Made by a program: the position numbers and the translations under genes. A stretch of DNA of 63,691 bases, filler included, from Globobulimina sp. (lineage: Eukaryota): assembly GCA_003354225.1 (NCBI GenBank). It is 35 parts of 35 records of this genome, joined end to end, with 100 filler letters (N's around TTAATTAATTAA, not from the genome) between each part and the next. Parts side by side here need not be neighbours in the genome. Positions count along the whole stretch, not along the records: positions 45,578 to 47,299 come from PIVH01012706.1; positions 47,400 to 49,121 come from PIVH01012707.1; positions 49,222 to 50,943 come from PIVH01012708.1; positions 51,044 to 52,765 come from PIVH01012709.1; positions 52,866 to 54,586 come from PIVH01012710.1; positions 54,687 to 56,407 come from PIVH01012711.1; positions 56,508 to 58,228 come from PIVH01012712.1; 28 more parts are not named here. One strand, written 5' to 3'. The notes beneath the pieces are model-generated. The model was not told the DNA's origin. It saw only the letters and a program-made list of their open reading frames with translations, and made no database searches. The first letter of the stretch is position 1. Each line of letters starts with the position of its first letter. Shown here in pieces: positions 45,578 to 56,567 of the stretch.

Positions 45578-47041
45578 TGTTATTTATGGTATTTGGAAAA
45601 TGATAACAAATTTGGGTTATTTTGCACGGATTATTATAAATTAATGTGTTGTATGCAACAAATAAGAGTTTACATTGAAAACAACAGAGACTCTCTAGAA
45701 TACGTACAATGTGATGAAATTTATAAATTACTTTATTTCAGAAATTCAAACCAATCGTTTGCTGATTTAGTAAAACATTGTGACGATGAATTCGGTGTTG
45801 ATTCATATATTATAGAACAACGTTGTTGCGATAGAGGTTCTGTGTGGATATGGTCAGAAAATGCGGAATGTAGAAACTATATAAAAAAATACATTGAAAC
45901 TGACATTAAACACAATTGGATTCATAGATATATTGACATTGAGGATTATAAAATATCCATTTTGTTTGGTGGCCCACATAATAATTGCAATAATGTACAA
46001 AATGGAAAACGAATCAATCAGTTTTGGCGATTATTTGGCTATGATGATGAAACAAAATTATATGTATTTATGGATGAGCATGGTGGGAAATGTTTGTTTG
46101 ATTATAATTATACACCAAAACCGAATAAAACAAAGCATCAAATCTGTATTATTGTGAATAAAATGCATTATGATAACATGCAGCATGCAAAACGATCTAT
46201 GGAAGATATACAAAATATTATTGTTGGTTGCGATAAAAATTGTATTGAATGGAATGTTGGTAAGCCATATTTGCATATTTTATCTCGGAGTTATATGGAT
46301 TTGATTGCAAATGATATATTGTATGGAGAAGAAGGAGATAAAATTTATATGAAATATGATGATAATGAGAGTATGGAGAGTTTTAAAACATTGATATATG
46401 ATAAGATTGTAGCAAATGCAATAATTGTTCATGATTTTGAATGTTTTAGTGATGCGCATATATTTCATACTATTGTGAAGAATGAATTCGATGATATTTT
46501 GTTTATTCAACCTGTAAAGAATATTGATGACGACGGATTTATTGTGGTTATTTATGATGAAAAGTTTAATGAATTGGGATATAAACAGAGTGTAAGTGAT
46601 TTCGTGCAAGATATTAAGATAAATGCACTGCAGCAATATGTTGTGGATAATAATAGATATTTACATATGATTTATGGACCAAATGCAAAGCAATTGCATG
46701 CATTGTGGGAGCATTGCAAATTGAATGATATTGATTTAAGGCTTATACATAGGGATTTTGATACACATCGAATCTATATTGGTTTACATAAAACAGATGA
46801 GAGATTGAAGCAATTTTTTTCTATTTTTGATGTGATTGTATCAAATTGTGTTGAAATCAAATTATCAGCTGAACAATGGCAATTTTGTCGGAAAAACAAT
46901 TCATGGAATATCAAAAAGTTAGAAACAATGTTTAAATGTTGCTTATCATTGAATGTGCAGAATTGTAACTCACTGTTACTTTATGCATCTGAACGAGATA
47001 AAACATGCATTTTAAACAAAATTATGTCGTTGGAGTTATGA
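45578..47041 (+). CDS. Hypothetical protein, 5' partial
   Basis: 487-codon open frame in very AT-rich DNA. Confidence 0.7.
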   Translation, partial: CYLWYLENDNKFGLFCTDYYKLMCCMQQIRVYIENNRDSLEYVQCDEIYKLLYFRNSNQSFADLVKHCDDEFGVDSYIIEQRCCDRGSVWIWSENAECRNYIKKYIETDIKHNWIHRYIDIEDYKISILFGGPHNNCNNVQNGKRINQFWRLFGYDDETKLYVFMDEHGGKCLFDYNYTPKPNKTKHQICIIVNKMHYDNMQHAKRSMEDIQNIIVGCDKNCIEWNVGKPYLHILSRSYMDLIANDILYGEEGDKIYMKYDDNESMESFKTLIYDKIVANAIIVHDFECFSDAHIFHTIVKNEFDDILFIQPVKNIDDDGFIVVIYDEKFNELGYKQSVSDFVQDIKINALQQYVVDNNRYLHMIYGPNAKQLHALWEHCKLNDIDLRLIHRDFDTHRIYIGLHKTDERLKQFFSIFDVIVSNCVEIKLSAEQWQFCRKNNSWNIKKLETMFKCCLSLNVQNCNSLLLYASERDKTCILNKIMSLEL

Positions 47042-47400
47042 TGTATATATATCTAAAATTATAGAAATAAGAGTCAAAACAAAACAAAACACAGTGTTTT
47101 ATTAATTGTTTTATGTTGTTTTACAATGTGTTTTATGGTGTTTTATAACTTGCGTTTTCACAGTTGTGAACTTTTTTTTTTTGCTAATTTTACCATGTCA
47201 AATGAAAGTTACATTCTCCAACAAATAAAAGAAAAAGACGCATTAAATTTGGCAAATAATGTAGTAGGGCCCGCATTTGGTTTATATAATTCATCTGATN
47301 NNNNNNNNNNNNNNNNNNNNNNNNNNNNNNNNNNNNNNNNNNNTTAATTAATTAANNNNNNNNNNNNNNNNNNNNNNNNNNNNNNNNNNNNNNNNNNNNT

Positions 47401-49121
47401 AATGTTCCAGATTATATATCTGTGGCAATGCATAAAACATTTGATTCTGAATATAAAGTGTTGTTGAGATCGGGTGAGTTATTATTGGCAGAGACAAAAT
47501 ATATTATCCACCGAACCGCTTTTATGAATTTAAGAGTCGAAGTAGTCACAGAATTGATGGTGGGTGATACCTTAAAAATAAAATCATTCCATATTAATAA
47601 TGACAGGATTACGCAAAGCGAGGCGTATATTACTTTAAAATGTGTCACATTGGGAATTGACGCAGTTTTATATATAAATTATGCAAGCAATATATGTTCA
47701 TTATGTAGAGACGATATTGATTGTGTATCATGTTATGATGGAATAGAATTATTCATTGCAAATACATCAGCGACTATGCATAAATTATTTATTACATCAA
47801 CTGATACATTTTTAACAGAGAATGAATATGAAATTAGCGTGAAACAATGTGGCGTTGGATTAGGATTAAATATCGATAATATGTGTGTTGAATGTGAAGA
47901 AAATTATGTTAACCTGTTTGCCAATGATAATAAATGTCATTTGTGTTCATCATCAAAGAATAAAAACAATGGTTTTCAATGTAAAGGCGCATCAGATATT
48001 TTAATTGACTTCAATCATTGGATTGCAGTTCCAACTGTTGAAGATAATAAAACATTTGCAATTATATCAAGTGTGTGTCCGCCATTATGGTGCTGTCAAG
48101 AGAAAAATGGTTGTGATTTTACTCAAAAAACTTCAAGTTCGACATTATGTGCTTTGCATCGAGATGAAAGTAGTGTGCTATGTGGAAGTTGTTTGCAGGG
48201 TTATTCAGAGGTTTATGGAAGTCCCTCTTGTCATGAATGTGTACAAGATAATTATGGATATTTATTATTGTTAATAGTCATTGCTATGGTTTATGCAATT
48301 TGTATTTCCATTGTTATTAAATATAACGGAGAAAATGAATCGGAAATAGAAGATAAATCGTCAAAGTTTGAATCAATAACCAGAGAAGTAGACAATTTCC
48401 AATATTCAAGATTAATATTAAATGATTACATTGCTGGATTATTAATTTCGTTATTTCGTCCAATTACATATTTTTATCAATCTTTTTCATATATTTTAAC
48501 AAATTATTCTATTCCAATCTATTTTATAATGCCAATATTACAAATCTTTTCAATCGATTTAAGCATAAATAATAATGGTAAATATTTTTGTTTTTTATCA
48601 AATTTAGATGCATTAAATTCCGAATTGTGGCTATTATTTTTACCGTTTGCTTTGTTCATTGCAATATTTATGATTTGGCTGTTTTTAGCAATACTTAAAA
48701 TATTAAATATTACCCTCAAATATTCACCAAATGTTCTAGCAATGATATGGAGCGTAATATTATTATCATTCAATACAATCATTACCCGTTTATTTAAGAT
48801 ATTATCGTGCAAACAAATTGGCATTAAATATGTACATTTTTATGCACCAACCTATGAATGTTATGATACAATTTGGTGGTTTGCACTGATTTCCATTGTA
48901 TTAATATTATTTTTTTTGTGTTTTATGTTTTATATATTATTTACAATGGATTTATACCAAAGGCAATCCTTAGCCATTTTAAAAACACTTATAAATCCGT
49001 ACAAATCAGATTGTTGGTATTGGGAATTTATAATAATTTTACGAAGAATAACAATTTGTGCATTTATTGTGTTCAAGTATATAAATGAGAAAATATGTAA
49101 TATGATATTAGCAATATTATT
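47401..49121 (+). CDS. Cys-rich ectodomain multi-pass membrane protein, partial at both ends
   Basis: CPPLWCC, LCALHRD..SVLCGSCLQGYSE...CHEC, then TM helices and YKSDCWYWEFIIILRR. Confidence 0.8.
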
Positions 49122-49314
49122 NNNNNNNNNNNNNNNNNNNNNNNNNNNNNNNNNNNNNNNNNNNNTTAATTAATTAANNNNNNNNNNNNNNNNNNNNNNN
49201 NNNNNNNNNNNNNNNNNNNNNTTACCATTAAAAAAGATAGAGACAAAACAAAACAAGACAAAACAAATCTATCTTCAAAAAACACTGGTATAAGGGTCTA
49301 TCGACCCAATTATT

Positions 49315-49584
49315 GTTTCTGAGAAACGAAGGCAAACCTATATAATTTTTGCCTTTGTCAGGCACCAGAAACGGTTTGCATCTACCTTACCCCAATAAAA
49401 ATCTGACGCTGGAAACCGGATGCTCTTATGGTATACACAAAAGGCCAGGAGATGAACGACTATTTATGGAAACATACATTTAGAAAAAAAAAAGAAAAAC
49501 TTTCTTAGTGAAAACTTTCTTAGTGAATAGTTAGAAAACGAAACTAAAAAATGTTAAAAAAAAGTAGTAGTAGTAGTAGTAGTA
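49315..49584 (+). mobile_element. 5'-truncated non-LTR retroelement with a (TAG)n tail and a 19-bp TSD
   Basis: GTCTATCGACCCAATTATT is repeated at 49296-49314 and 49585-49603. An A-rich stretch and ~7 TAG/AGT repeats directly precede the second copy. Confidence 0.75.
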
Positions 49585-49618
49585 GTCTATCGACCCAATT
49601 ATTTAATCTATTTTTACG

Positions 49619-50488
49619 TCAAAAAAAGAATAATATTTTATTTTTGAATTTGAACCATATTATGAGGATTTCCCAACTCAACACTTCAATCAATGTAATG
49701 TTATCATATTTTGTCCGAGTTTGATACCTCGATGTAATCCATTCTAAATCCATATTCTCCAATGACGTTAACTTTGCTTTTCTCATCGCGTCCACATTTC
49801 CAAGCGATGGAATATCGTCAATCGAATCAATAATAATATATTGATGCAATATCCTGATAATATCAGAAGGGAGATGTTCATTTATCTGTGTTAAGAGCAT
49901 ACTTAATGATAAATCATTGTATTCCATCAATAATTCCTGCGTTGAGTTCAATAATTTGTTGTGTGAGACCAATAATTCCTTATTTTTGATTGTATACTTA
50001 TTGTTTTCATAGTTTAATATTCTTTGTTGTAACTGAAGTGTTGAATGTATCATTTGAAGCAATGCATCTTGCATTCGATGTAACGGCGTATGAACCATCA
50101 CCAGCATTATTACGAGCTTCCCAACTGTTAAACAGACAGTATTTAGCATCATACTTACAAATTGATAATGATTTACATCAATGGCAATATGAGCAGTATA
50201 AATAAATAAATCAGCGAAAATTTGAATTAATCCAAAAGTTTTTGCTGATAGGAATCCCATAATATTCGCCATAAAAGTAATAATGTAAATGACAAATGCA
50301 AATCCAGAGTCAATCAAAGTTTCATAAACATCAGTGACCCAACGGAGGTATGTCTGATATTTCAGATATGACCCAATAGGCTCAACAATATTAAATAAAC
50401 AAACTTTGCAGAAGTAGATAACAATTGGATTTGTTGCGGAATTTAATAACCTTTTGGTGCATTCACCTTTGAACATTTTAACTGACAT
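49619..50488 (-). CDS. Hypothetical membrane protein
   Basis: Complete 289-aa ORF with 3-4 hydrophobic segments. Confidence 0.6.
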   Translation of the reverse strand: MSVKMFKGECTKRLLNSATNPIVIYFCKVCLFNIVEPIGSYLKYQTYLRWVTDVYETLIDSGFAFVIYIITFMANIMGFLSAKTFGLIQIFADLFIYTAHIAIDVNHYQFVSMMLNTVCLTVGKLVIMLVMVHTPLHRMQDALLQMIHSTLQLQQRILNYENNKYTIKNKELLVSHNKLLNSTQELLMEYNDLSLSMLLTQINEHLPSDIIRILHQYIIIDSIDDIPSLGNVDAMRKAKLTSLENMDLEWITSRYQTRTKYDNITLIEVLSWEILIIWFKFKNKILFFF

Positions 50489-50541
50489 TTAATACATGCA
50501 AAATGACCAAAGTAAGCCAGACTTAAACAGCACAACAGTGA

Positions 50542-50943
50542 CTATAACACAACACAGCAAGTTGTAGCATTGATAGATTGTTTGAAAGATGTTAAATCGC
50601 GAACCTCTCTTTCTTCTAACTCATAAACCGTACTTTTCCCATCAAATAATTTCTCTTCTAACACCATTAATTGTTTTAAAAATCCGTTATTTGGACAAAT
50701 CACATTTCTGCATTGCTGTACATGTTGATATGAATCAACTAATGACATTTTTGTATAATGCATTAAATATCCAATTAAAATAGTCGCTGATCTCGATATT
50801 CCCATTTGACAGTGCACCAATACTTTATTATTATTATTATCCCCCTCCATCACATCATCAATAAACGCAAATGCTTTCTCAAAATATGCACCAAATGATT
50901 CATTCACGTCATCCAAAACGTGTAATTGTAGATATTTTATTGG
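50542..50943 (-). CDS. Dual-specificity phosphatase with C-terminal CAAX box, 5' partial
   Basis: VLVHCQMGISRSAT, CPNNGFLKQL, ending CCVVL*. Confidence 0.9.
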   Translation of the reverse strand, partial: PIKYLQLHVLDDVNESFGAYFEKAFAFIDDVMEGDNNNNKVLVHCQMGISRSATILIGYLMHYTKMSLVDSYQHVQQCRNVICPNNGFLKQLMVLEEKLFDGKSTVYELEEREVRDLTSFKQSINATTCCVVL

Positions 50944-51048
50944 NNNNNNNNNNNNNNNNNNNNNNNNNNNNNNNNNNNNNNNNNNNNTTAATTAATTAAN
51001 NNNNNNNNNNNNNNNNNNNNNNNNNNNNNNNNNNNNNNNNNNNATCGA

Positions 51049-52764
51049 TCAATCCCTTCCCGCTCTAATAAAATCCATATTAATTTTATGCGTTTCACTA
51101 ATTTTTTGTAAATGTTGTGCCGTTAATAAATACATTGTGCACTGTTTTTTATATCTTATAATTTGCACATTCTCTAAATGACTGACTAAAAAGTCATGCA
51201 TTTGTTTTTTATTTTTATCCCATGTGCTCAATTTCAGCCATACGTGTTTATTATCTGTATCTTCATCATATTTATATTCATCATTGATTTGATGGAAATG
51301 TTGTTCGCCAAAATGTTTTAATGACAATGTTTGGGTAATATCTATGTTTGGCGGTAATTGTAAGTTTGGTGGATACGGCGTAAAGCCAGAAATAAATTCC
51401 GTTGCGCCATAATGCAATTTTTCATTGTTATGTTTAATATGGCCATGAAATAACGGATTATTAGTACTTAATATAAACGAATAAATAAATGTAAAATATG
51501 GTTTTTGCCATTTATCTGCATGTAGCTCGCTACCGTTTCGTTTGCCACTTCTTTCAAAGTAACTGACTGGAAACCAATGCTGTACTGAGGATGGTATAAT
51601 ATGTCGAAGGTCGGCGGTAAATACATGAAAGAAATATTTATCCCGATCCTCATCACCCGAAAAAATTATATCTTTCGGATCGTCGTTCATTAAATGAAGA
51701 TGTTGAATGTTTCCATTTTTCTTTGGAACGCCTTGTACAGCGACATTGCCCCGAAGCCATACACTTTTATCCATGTCATAATAATATATCTCATCCTTCT
51801 CTTTTACGGACATTAACGAATATCTATGGATATGGCCAAGCAATGTATTTAAGGACACATCCATTTGTTCATCGCATCCATTTGGTGTAATTAACAAAAC
51901 CACAGCTTTCCCATTTTTATTTCTTAAACACTTTGCATCATTAAAATCTATTTCATTCCATTTTGTAGCTTTATTATTTAACAACTTATAGGTCATATCA
52001 CTGTATTTAGCCGTATTTGCATCATCTCGGACATTTAAATTATTTGTGAGAAATTCCGCAATTTGTTTCGGTGTCATACCATTCACTATGCTCAGATTAA
52101 TTAAATTTATATTTGCAATTTTATTATGTCGAAGATCAGTGTTTGCTGCCTTTTCGTCGTCTTCATCGTCATCGTCATCGTCATTTGCAGGTTCATCGAT
52201 GGATATAAATAGAACATGGACATTGGAGATAATTCTTGAATCAAAACATGGTTTTAATATTTTATACACAAATGTCCGTAATTGGTGAATTGAAAAATTC
52301 TCAATTTGATTTGACGCATTCTCATCGAAATTATCACAAAATAGTTGCGATAGAATTTCTTGTCCAGTTATATTTGACGCGCAATTACCATTTTTATCAA
52401 TTTTATTGACAAATACAGACAGCGTCAACGCAAATTTAATAAGAACATTGGAATGAATGTTTGGTATATTTCCTCCTTTGGCATCATGGCATACAGTAAG
52501 ACATCGCATTATTGTTTTGTCAATGGCTTTGCTTAAAGGCATGCCACCAATTTTCATATTTTTTAACCATTTATTTACACCTTTTTCCTTTTCACGAAAT
52601 GCAAAATAACTTTGTGCATTTTGTGCGTCTTGTTTGTGTTCATAGTCATTGTCATGGTCATTCCCAGCAAACCGTATCATTGAAGCAACAAAAATAGCAA
52701 ATAAAGATTTAGGGAATGCATTTTGTAGTTCTTTATTATTATTCACATCTTTTTCATTGGATTG
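51049..52764 (-). CDS. Hypothetical protein, 5' partial
   Basis: Open frame of ~570 codons; no recognised motif. Confidence 0.7.
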   Translation of the reverse strand, partial: QSNEKDVNNNKELQNAFPKSLFAIFVASMIRFAGNDHDNDYEHKQDAQNAQSYFAFREKEKGVNKWLKNMKIGGMPLSKAIDKTIMRCLTVCHDAKGGNIPNIHSNVLIKFALTLSVFVNKIDKNGNCASNITGQEILSQLFCDNFDENASNQIENFSIHQLRTFVYKILKPCFDSRIISNVHVLFISIDEPANDDDDDDEDDEKAANTDLRHNKIANINLINLSIVNGMTPKQIAEFLTNNLNVRDDANTAKYSDMTYKLLNNKATKWNEIDFNDAKCLRNKNGKAVVLLITPNGCDEQMDVSLNTLLGHIHRYSLMSVKEKDEIYYYDMDKSVWLRGNVAVQGVPKKNGNIQHLHLMNDDPKDIIFSGDEDRDKYFFHVFTADLRHIIPSSVQHWFPVSYFERSGKRNGSELHADKWQKPYFTFIYSFILSTNNPLFHGHIKHNNEKLHYGATEFISGFTPYPPNLQLPPNIDITQTLSLKHFGEQHFHQINDEYKYDEDTDNKHVWLKLSTWDKNKKQMHDFLVSHLENVQIIRYKKQCTMYLLTAQHLQKISETHKINMDFIRAGRD

Positions 52765-52865
52765 CNNNNNNNNNNNNNNNNNNNNNNNNNNNNNNNNNNN
52801 NNNNNNNNNTTAATTAATTAANNNNNNNNNNNNNNNNNNNNNNNNNNNNNNNNNNNNNNNNNNNN

Positions 52866-53195
52866 GGTGCTGATCAATGTTGCTGCGTTGTTTATATATG
52901 TCATATTGTAATAATTTTTGGAAGGTTGGACACCAGGCCACATTACACATAATCGGATGGCATTTTGTCCCAAAGAATTCAAGAGTTGCATATCTTGAAT
53001 GGAAAACGATAGGTTAGCATCGAAATGATCTTGTAGTGGTAAATACGGTGAAGACTTATAAACAACGTTTAAACCATGAAAGAAGCATTCACGATCATTT
53101 AAATCCAAAATACGGTTATTCCTAACACGGAATTTCTCGAGTTCTTGTGCTGTGCAATCAAGTAACAGAATTGTAAGGACATGTAAGAGGAACAT
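52866..53195 (-). CDS. Endoglycoceramidase-like GH5 glycoside hydrolase, N-terminus, 3' partial
   Basis: Signal peptide, then FFHGLNVVYK and LGQNAIRLCVMWPGVQP...YNMTYI. Confidence 0.85.
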
Positions 53196-53300
53196 GATTG
53201 AGTAATATATTGAGAAGTGCACCACGTCCAAAAACGTTAACAAATTCAACAAAAAAAAAGGTAGATATGATCGAAAATGGTATACTTGAGTGGTGTATAT

Positions 53301-53449
53301 CACTGCAGTCACAACTATTAAGTTGATTTTCATTGTGGTGAACGGACTTCAACTTTTGGTGTTAATCGCTCACCACAATAAATTAGCGATCAACTCCAAA
53401 AGTTGACCACAATGAAAATTAGCGCAATAGTTCAGTTGTGTCTGCGGTG
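53301..53449. mobile_element. MITE, 149 bp, with CAC(T/C)GCAG(T/A)CACAAC TIRs
   Basis: Left CACTGCAGTCACAAC, right GTTGTGTCTGCGGTG; inner IR ATTTTCATTGTGGT / ACCACAATGAAAAT; homologous to 40627-40730. Confidence 0.85.
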
Positions 53450-53902
53450 GTTGGCATATAGACTTTTTGTGTGTCGTTTATGTTTTGTGAACAGCTTTAA
53501 ACATCAGGGATGTGGTCGTGGTGTATGTCGTATTGCAGAGCCTTGAAACACAAAGAAAAAAAAACATTACAAAATATGGTATTAAAGATTGCATATTTGC
53601 CACAAGATAAATTTTGATGGTTTTGGATTCAATTTATGGGAGAAAAGGAAAAACCCAAAATATAAAGTTGCGAACAATGACACTGATGTATTATTATGCG
53701 TTTGCGACATTAAATCTAATTTGCAACCCCAACATGACAACATCCAAACTTCCATTTTTATGAAACAAACCATATCACACATCCAGTACATGTCCCATCT
53801 GGCAACGAGCCAGCAAATGGTTTATATTCCCATCCAATCCATGACACCAAATAATCCATTGTAACATACATTCCTTCACCATGGCCATCACCAAGCTACA
53901 AT

Positions 53903-54586
53903 ATGTTGAGAAGTGACAAGCTACAAAACTTTGAGTACTTTTCAAAAATGACTACTAAATTAAAACATGTGAAAACGAATGGAAATAGCAATGGTAATGA
54001 CGATGACCGCATAGGAACAATAATTTATGGATATTTGCGATCCGTATGGAAATCACAACAATTTGATAACATAGTATTTTTACCGTATGAGTTAATACAA
54101 ATAATATTCTCTATGTACAGTGTTGCATTTATTTATGAATCACATTTTGATAAAAATGGTATTTGTTATTGGTTAGGAACTAATTTTGGGAAATCGTCAG
54201 AGTGGACAAATCCATCCAAAATGGGTCTAATTAAAATAAGAATTTCATCATTAATGTATGGCAGAACGGATAACATTGTTGGAAGATTAAGAGACAGTGA
54301 AGTTTGCACAATGCATAGAGCGAATTCATGGGTAACTATTGATTTTGGGCCATACAAAATAATCCCAACTGCTTATTCATTGAGGCATGGCTATGGCGTT
54401 GGTATGGCTTTGTTGAGGAATTGGTATTTTGAAGGAAGCAACGATGCAAATAAATGGGTTAAACTTAAAACACATAGAAATGACCGCGCACTTTGTTATT
54501 CGTATCAATTGCATACATGGAATATTCCAAATTGTACTGAATCTTTCAAAATGTTTAGAATATATCAGTATGGACGAAATTCATCT
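53903..54586 (+). CDS. Protein with a HECTD1-like galactose-binding-fold (SUN/F5-8C-like) domain, 3' partial
   Basis: FIYESHFDKNGICYWLGT, WTNPS, WVTIDFG..IIPTAYSLRH, LRNWYFEGSND. Confidence 0.75.
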
Positions 54587-54782
54587 NNNNNNNNNNNNNN
54601 NNNNNNNNNNNNNNNNNNNNNNNNNNNNNNTTAATTAATTAANNNNNNNNNNNNNNNNNNNNNNNNNNNNNNNNNNNNNNNNNNNNATTGCCTGTTCCAT
54701 ATCATGTTGAGAGAGCATATTAGGTTATATTAAATTTTGTAGATTTCATTCATCTGCAACCAGTCTGGGTACTCAGTGTAGA

Positions 54783-55016
54783 CTACATGCAGAGTAGTAA
54801 GGCATCTGCAACCACAGTGGTGCAGTTTATTGCAATTTTCCATTTCACTGAAGGGTCAGGACATGCCAAACAATACTGACCGGAAGCCACTTCAACAATT
54901 CGGTTGCAACCATCACACTTCTCTACAACCTGGTAGCAAACCCCGCCTTTGTATGAGCAGCCCTTTGCGGCCATAAAAGGGCATTCCATTTCGTTCCTTA
55001 TTGTTGTACAAAGCAT
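54783..55016 (-). CDS. Bacterial PxxKW-family cysteine-rich protein, C-terminus aberrant
   Basis: MLCTT...ECPFM...GCSY.GG.C..VVEKCDGC...YC..CPDPSVKW, with an AAGGAG Shine-Dalgarno site at 55031-55026. Confidence 0.8.
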   Translation of the reverse strand: MLCTTIRNEMECPFMAAKGCSYKGGVCYQVVEKCDGCNRIVEVASGQYCLACPDPSVKWKIAINCTTVVADALLLCM

Positions 55017-55432
55017 TTGAATATACTCCTTTTTCAAACGTAATCGTTTTCAATAAAATCAGGGATTGTTTTTTCAATCCCAGTATCTGAAAAAACTCGT
55101 ATACTTACTTATTTTATTATAATTTGTCAATCATTTTTTCTATTTTATCTATAAAAATATTATTCGCGGACCGACTGGTAAGCGTCTGTTCCAAATATTG
55201 GGTGCGAAACTTGAGAATGGATTATTAACAGTAAAGGAAAAAGCATTATGCATCTGCACGAAATTTCAGGGAAAGGCGCATTTTATTTAACAAAGCATGA
55301 TGAATACACTTTTCATTATTCAAATTTCAACTATTATCTGTTATACTCCTATTGTATTCATTCACGGGGGCACTTCACAGTCATCCAAAAGTTTTCGGTT
55401 CGTATTGCAAGCTAATAATCAAAGAGGTTATT

Positions 55433-56407
55433 ATGGAATTTAATTCTATTGACACTAAAATCCAGACCATCGGGGAGGCTAGAATCAAGTCTCCAATTTT
55501 AAAAGAAAAAATAGCCACCTTTGCTCAAAGTTTTATATCTGATGATGACGGAATTCTGATTAACCTGAAATTACCTGACATAAACGAAATGCAGAACAAA
55601 GGGATAAATCCACCTGCATTCGAACTTGCCGGTCCCCGAAAAAAAATCTTTTTTGACACCAGCAAACTGAGATGTGCGCTTGCAACATGCGGCGGACTAT
55701 GTCCGGGTCTCAATGACATAATCCGCGCAATCGTTCTGACGTTGCACTACCTGTACGGCGTTAAGAACATTTTCGGCATCAAATACGGCCTCCAGGGATT
55801 TATCCCTGAATATGGACACGATGTTATTGAACTGAAACCTGAACGTGTAACCAACATTCTTGACATGGGCGGTACTATTCTCGGATCTTCAAGAGGTGCC
55901 CAGGACATTGACGAAATTGTTGATTCCCTGGAAAGAATGAATATCGGTATTCTTTTTATGATCGGCGGCGACGGAACACTGATGGCAGCCAGCAAGATTA
56001 CGGACGTCATAACCGCAAGAGGCTTGAAAACCAGTGTTGTTGGAATTCCAAAAACAATTGATAATGATATTTATCTTGTTGCCCGGTCCTTTGGTTTTGA
56101 CACTGCTGTTGAGGTAGCCACCCAGGCGATAAAGGCAGCTCATATTGAAGCGGAAGGATTCCCAAACGGAATCGGATTGATAAAACTGATGGGCAGACAT
56201 TCCGGTTTTATATCAGCTACGGCCAGCCTTGCCCAGCAGGATGTCAATTTTGCGCTGATACCGGAAGCTGATTTTGATATAGATGGCCCCAATGGATTTT
56301 TAAGCACCCTTGAAAAACGTCTGAATCGTAGAGGGCATGCCGTAATTGTAGTAGCCGAAGGGGCCGGAGTCCCAGCGGAAGGTCTCGAAGACCAGCCGGT
56401 CGGCGCC
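55433..56407 (+). CDS. pfkA: Bacterial ATP-dependent 6-phosphofructokinase (group X-like), 3' partial
   Basis: FELAGPRKKIFF, TCGGLCPGLNDIIR, GGTILGSSRG, IGGDGT, PKTIDND, KLMGRHSGFI, VVAEGAG. GAGGT SD site before the ATG; no introns. Confidence 0.92.
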
Positions 56408-56567
56408 NNNNNNNNNNNNNNNNNNNNNNNNNNNNNNNNNNNNNNNNNNNNTTAATTAATTAANNNNNNNNNNNNNNNNNNNNNNNNNNNNNNNNNNNNN
56501 NNNNNNNCTCAAATATGTATGTGATATCTTTTTTTTTCATTTTATTGATTGTATTCTAATTTCTCAG

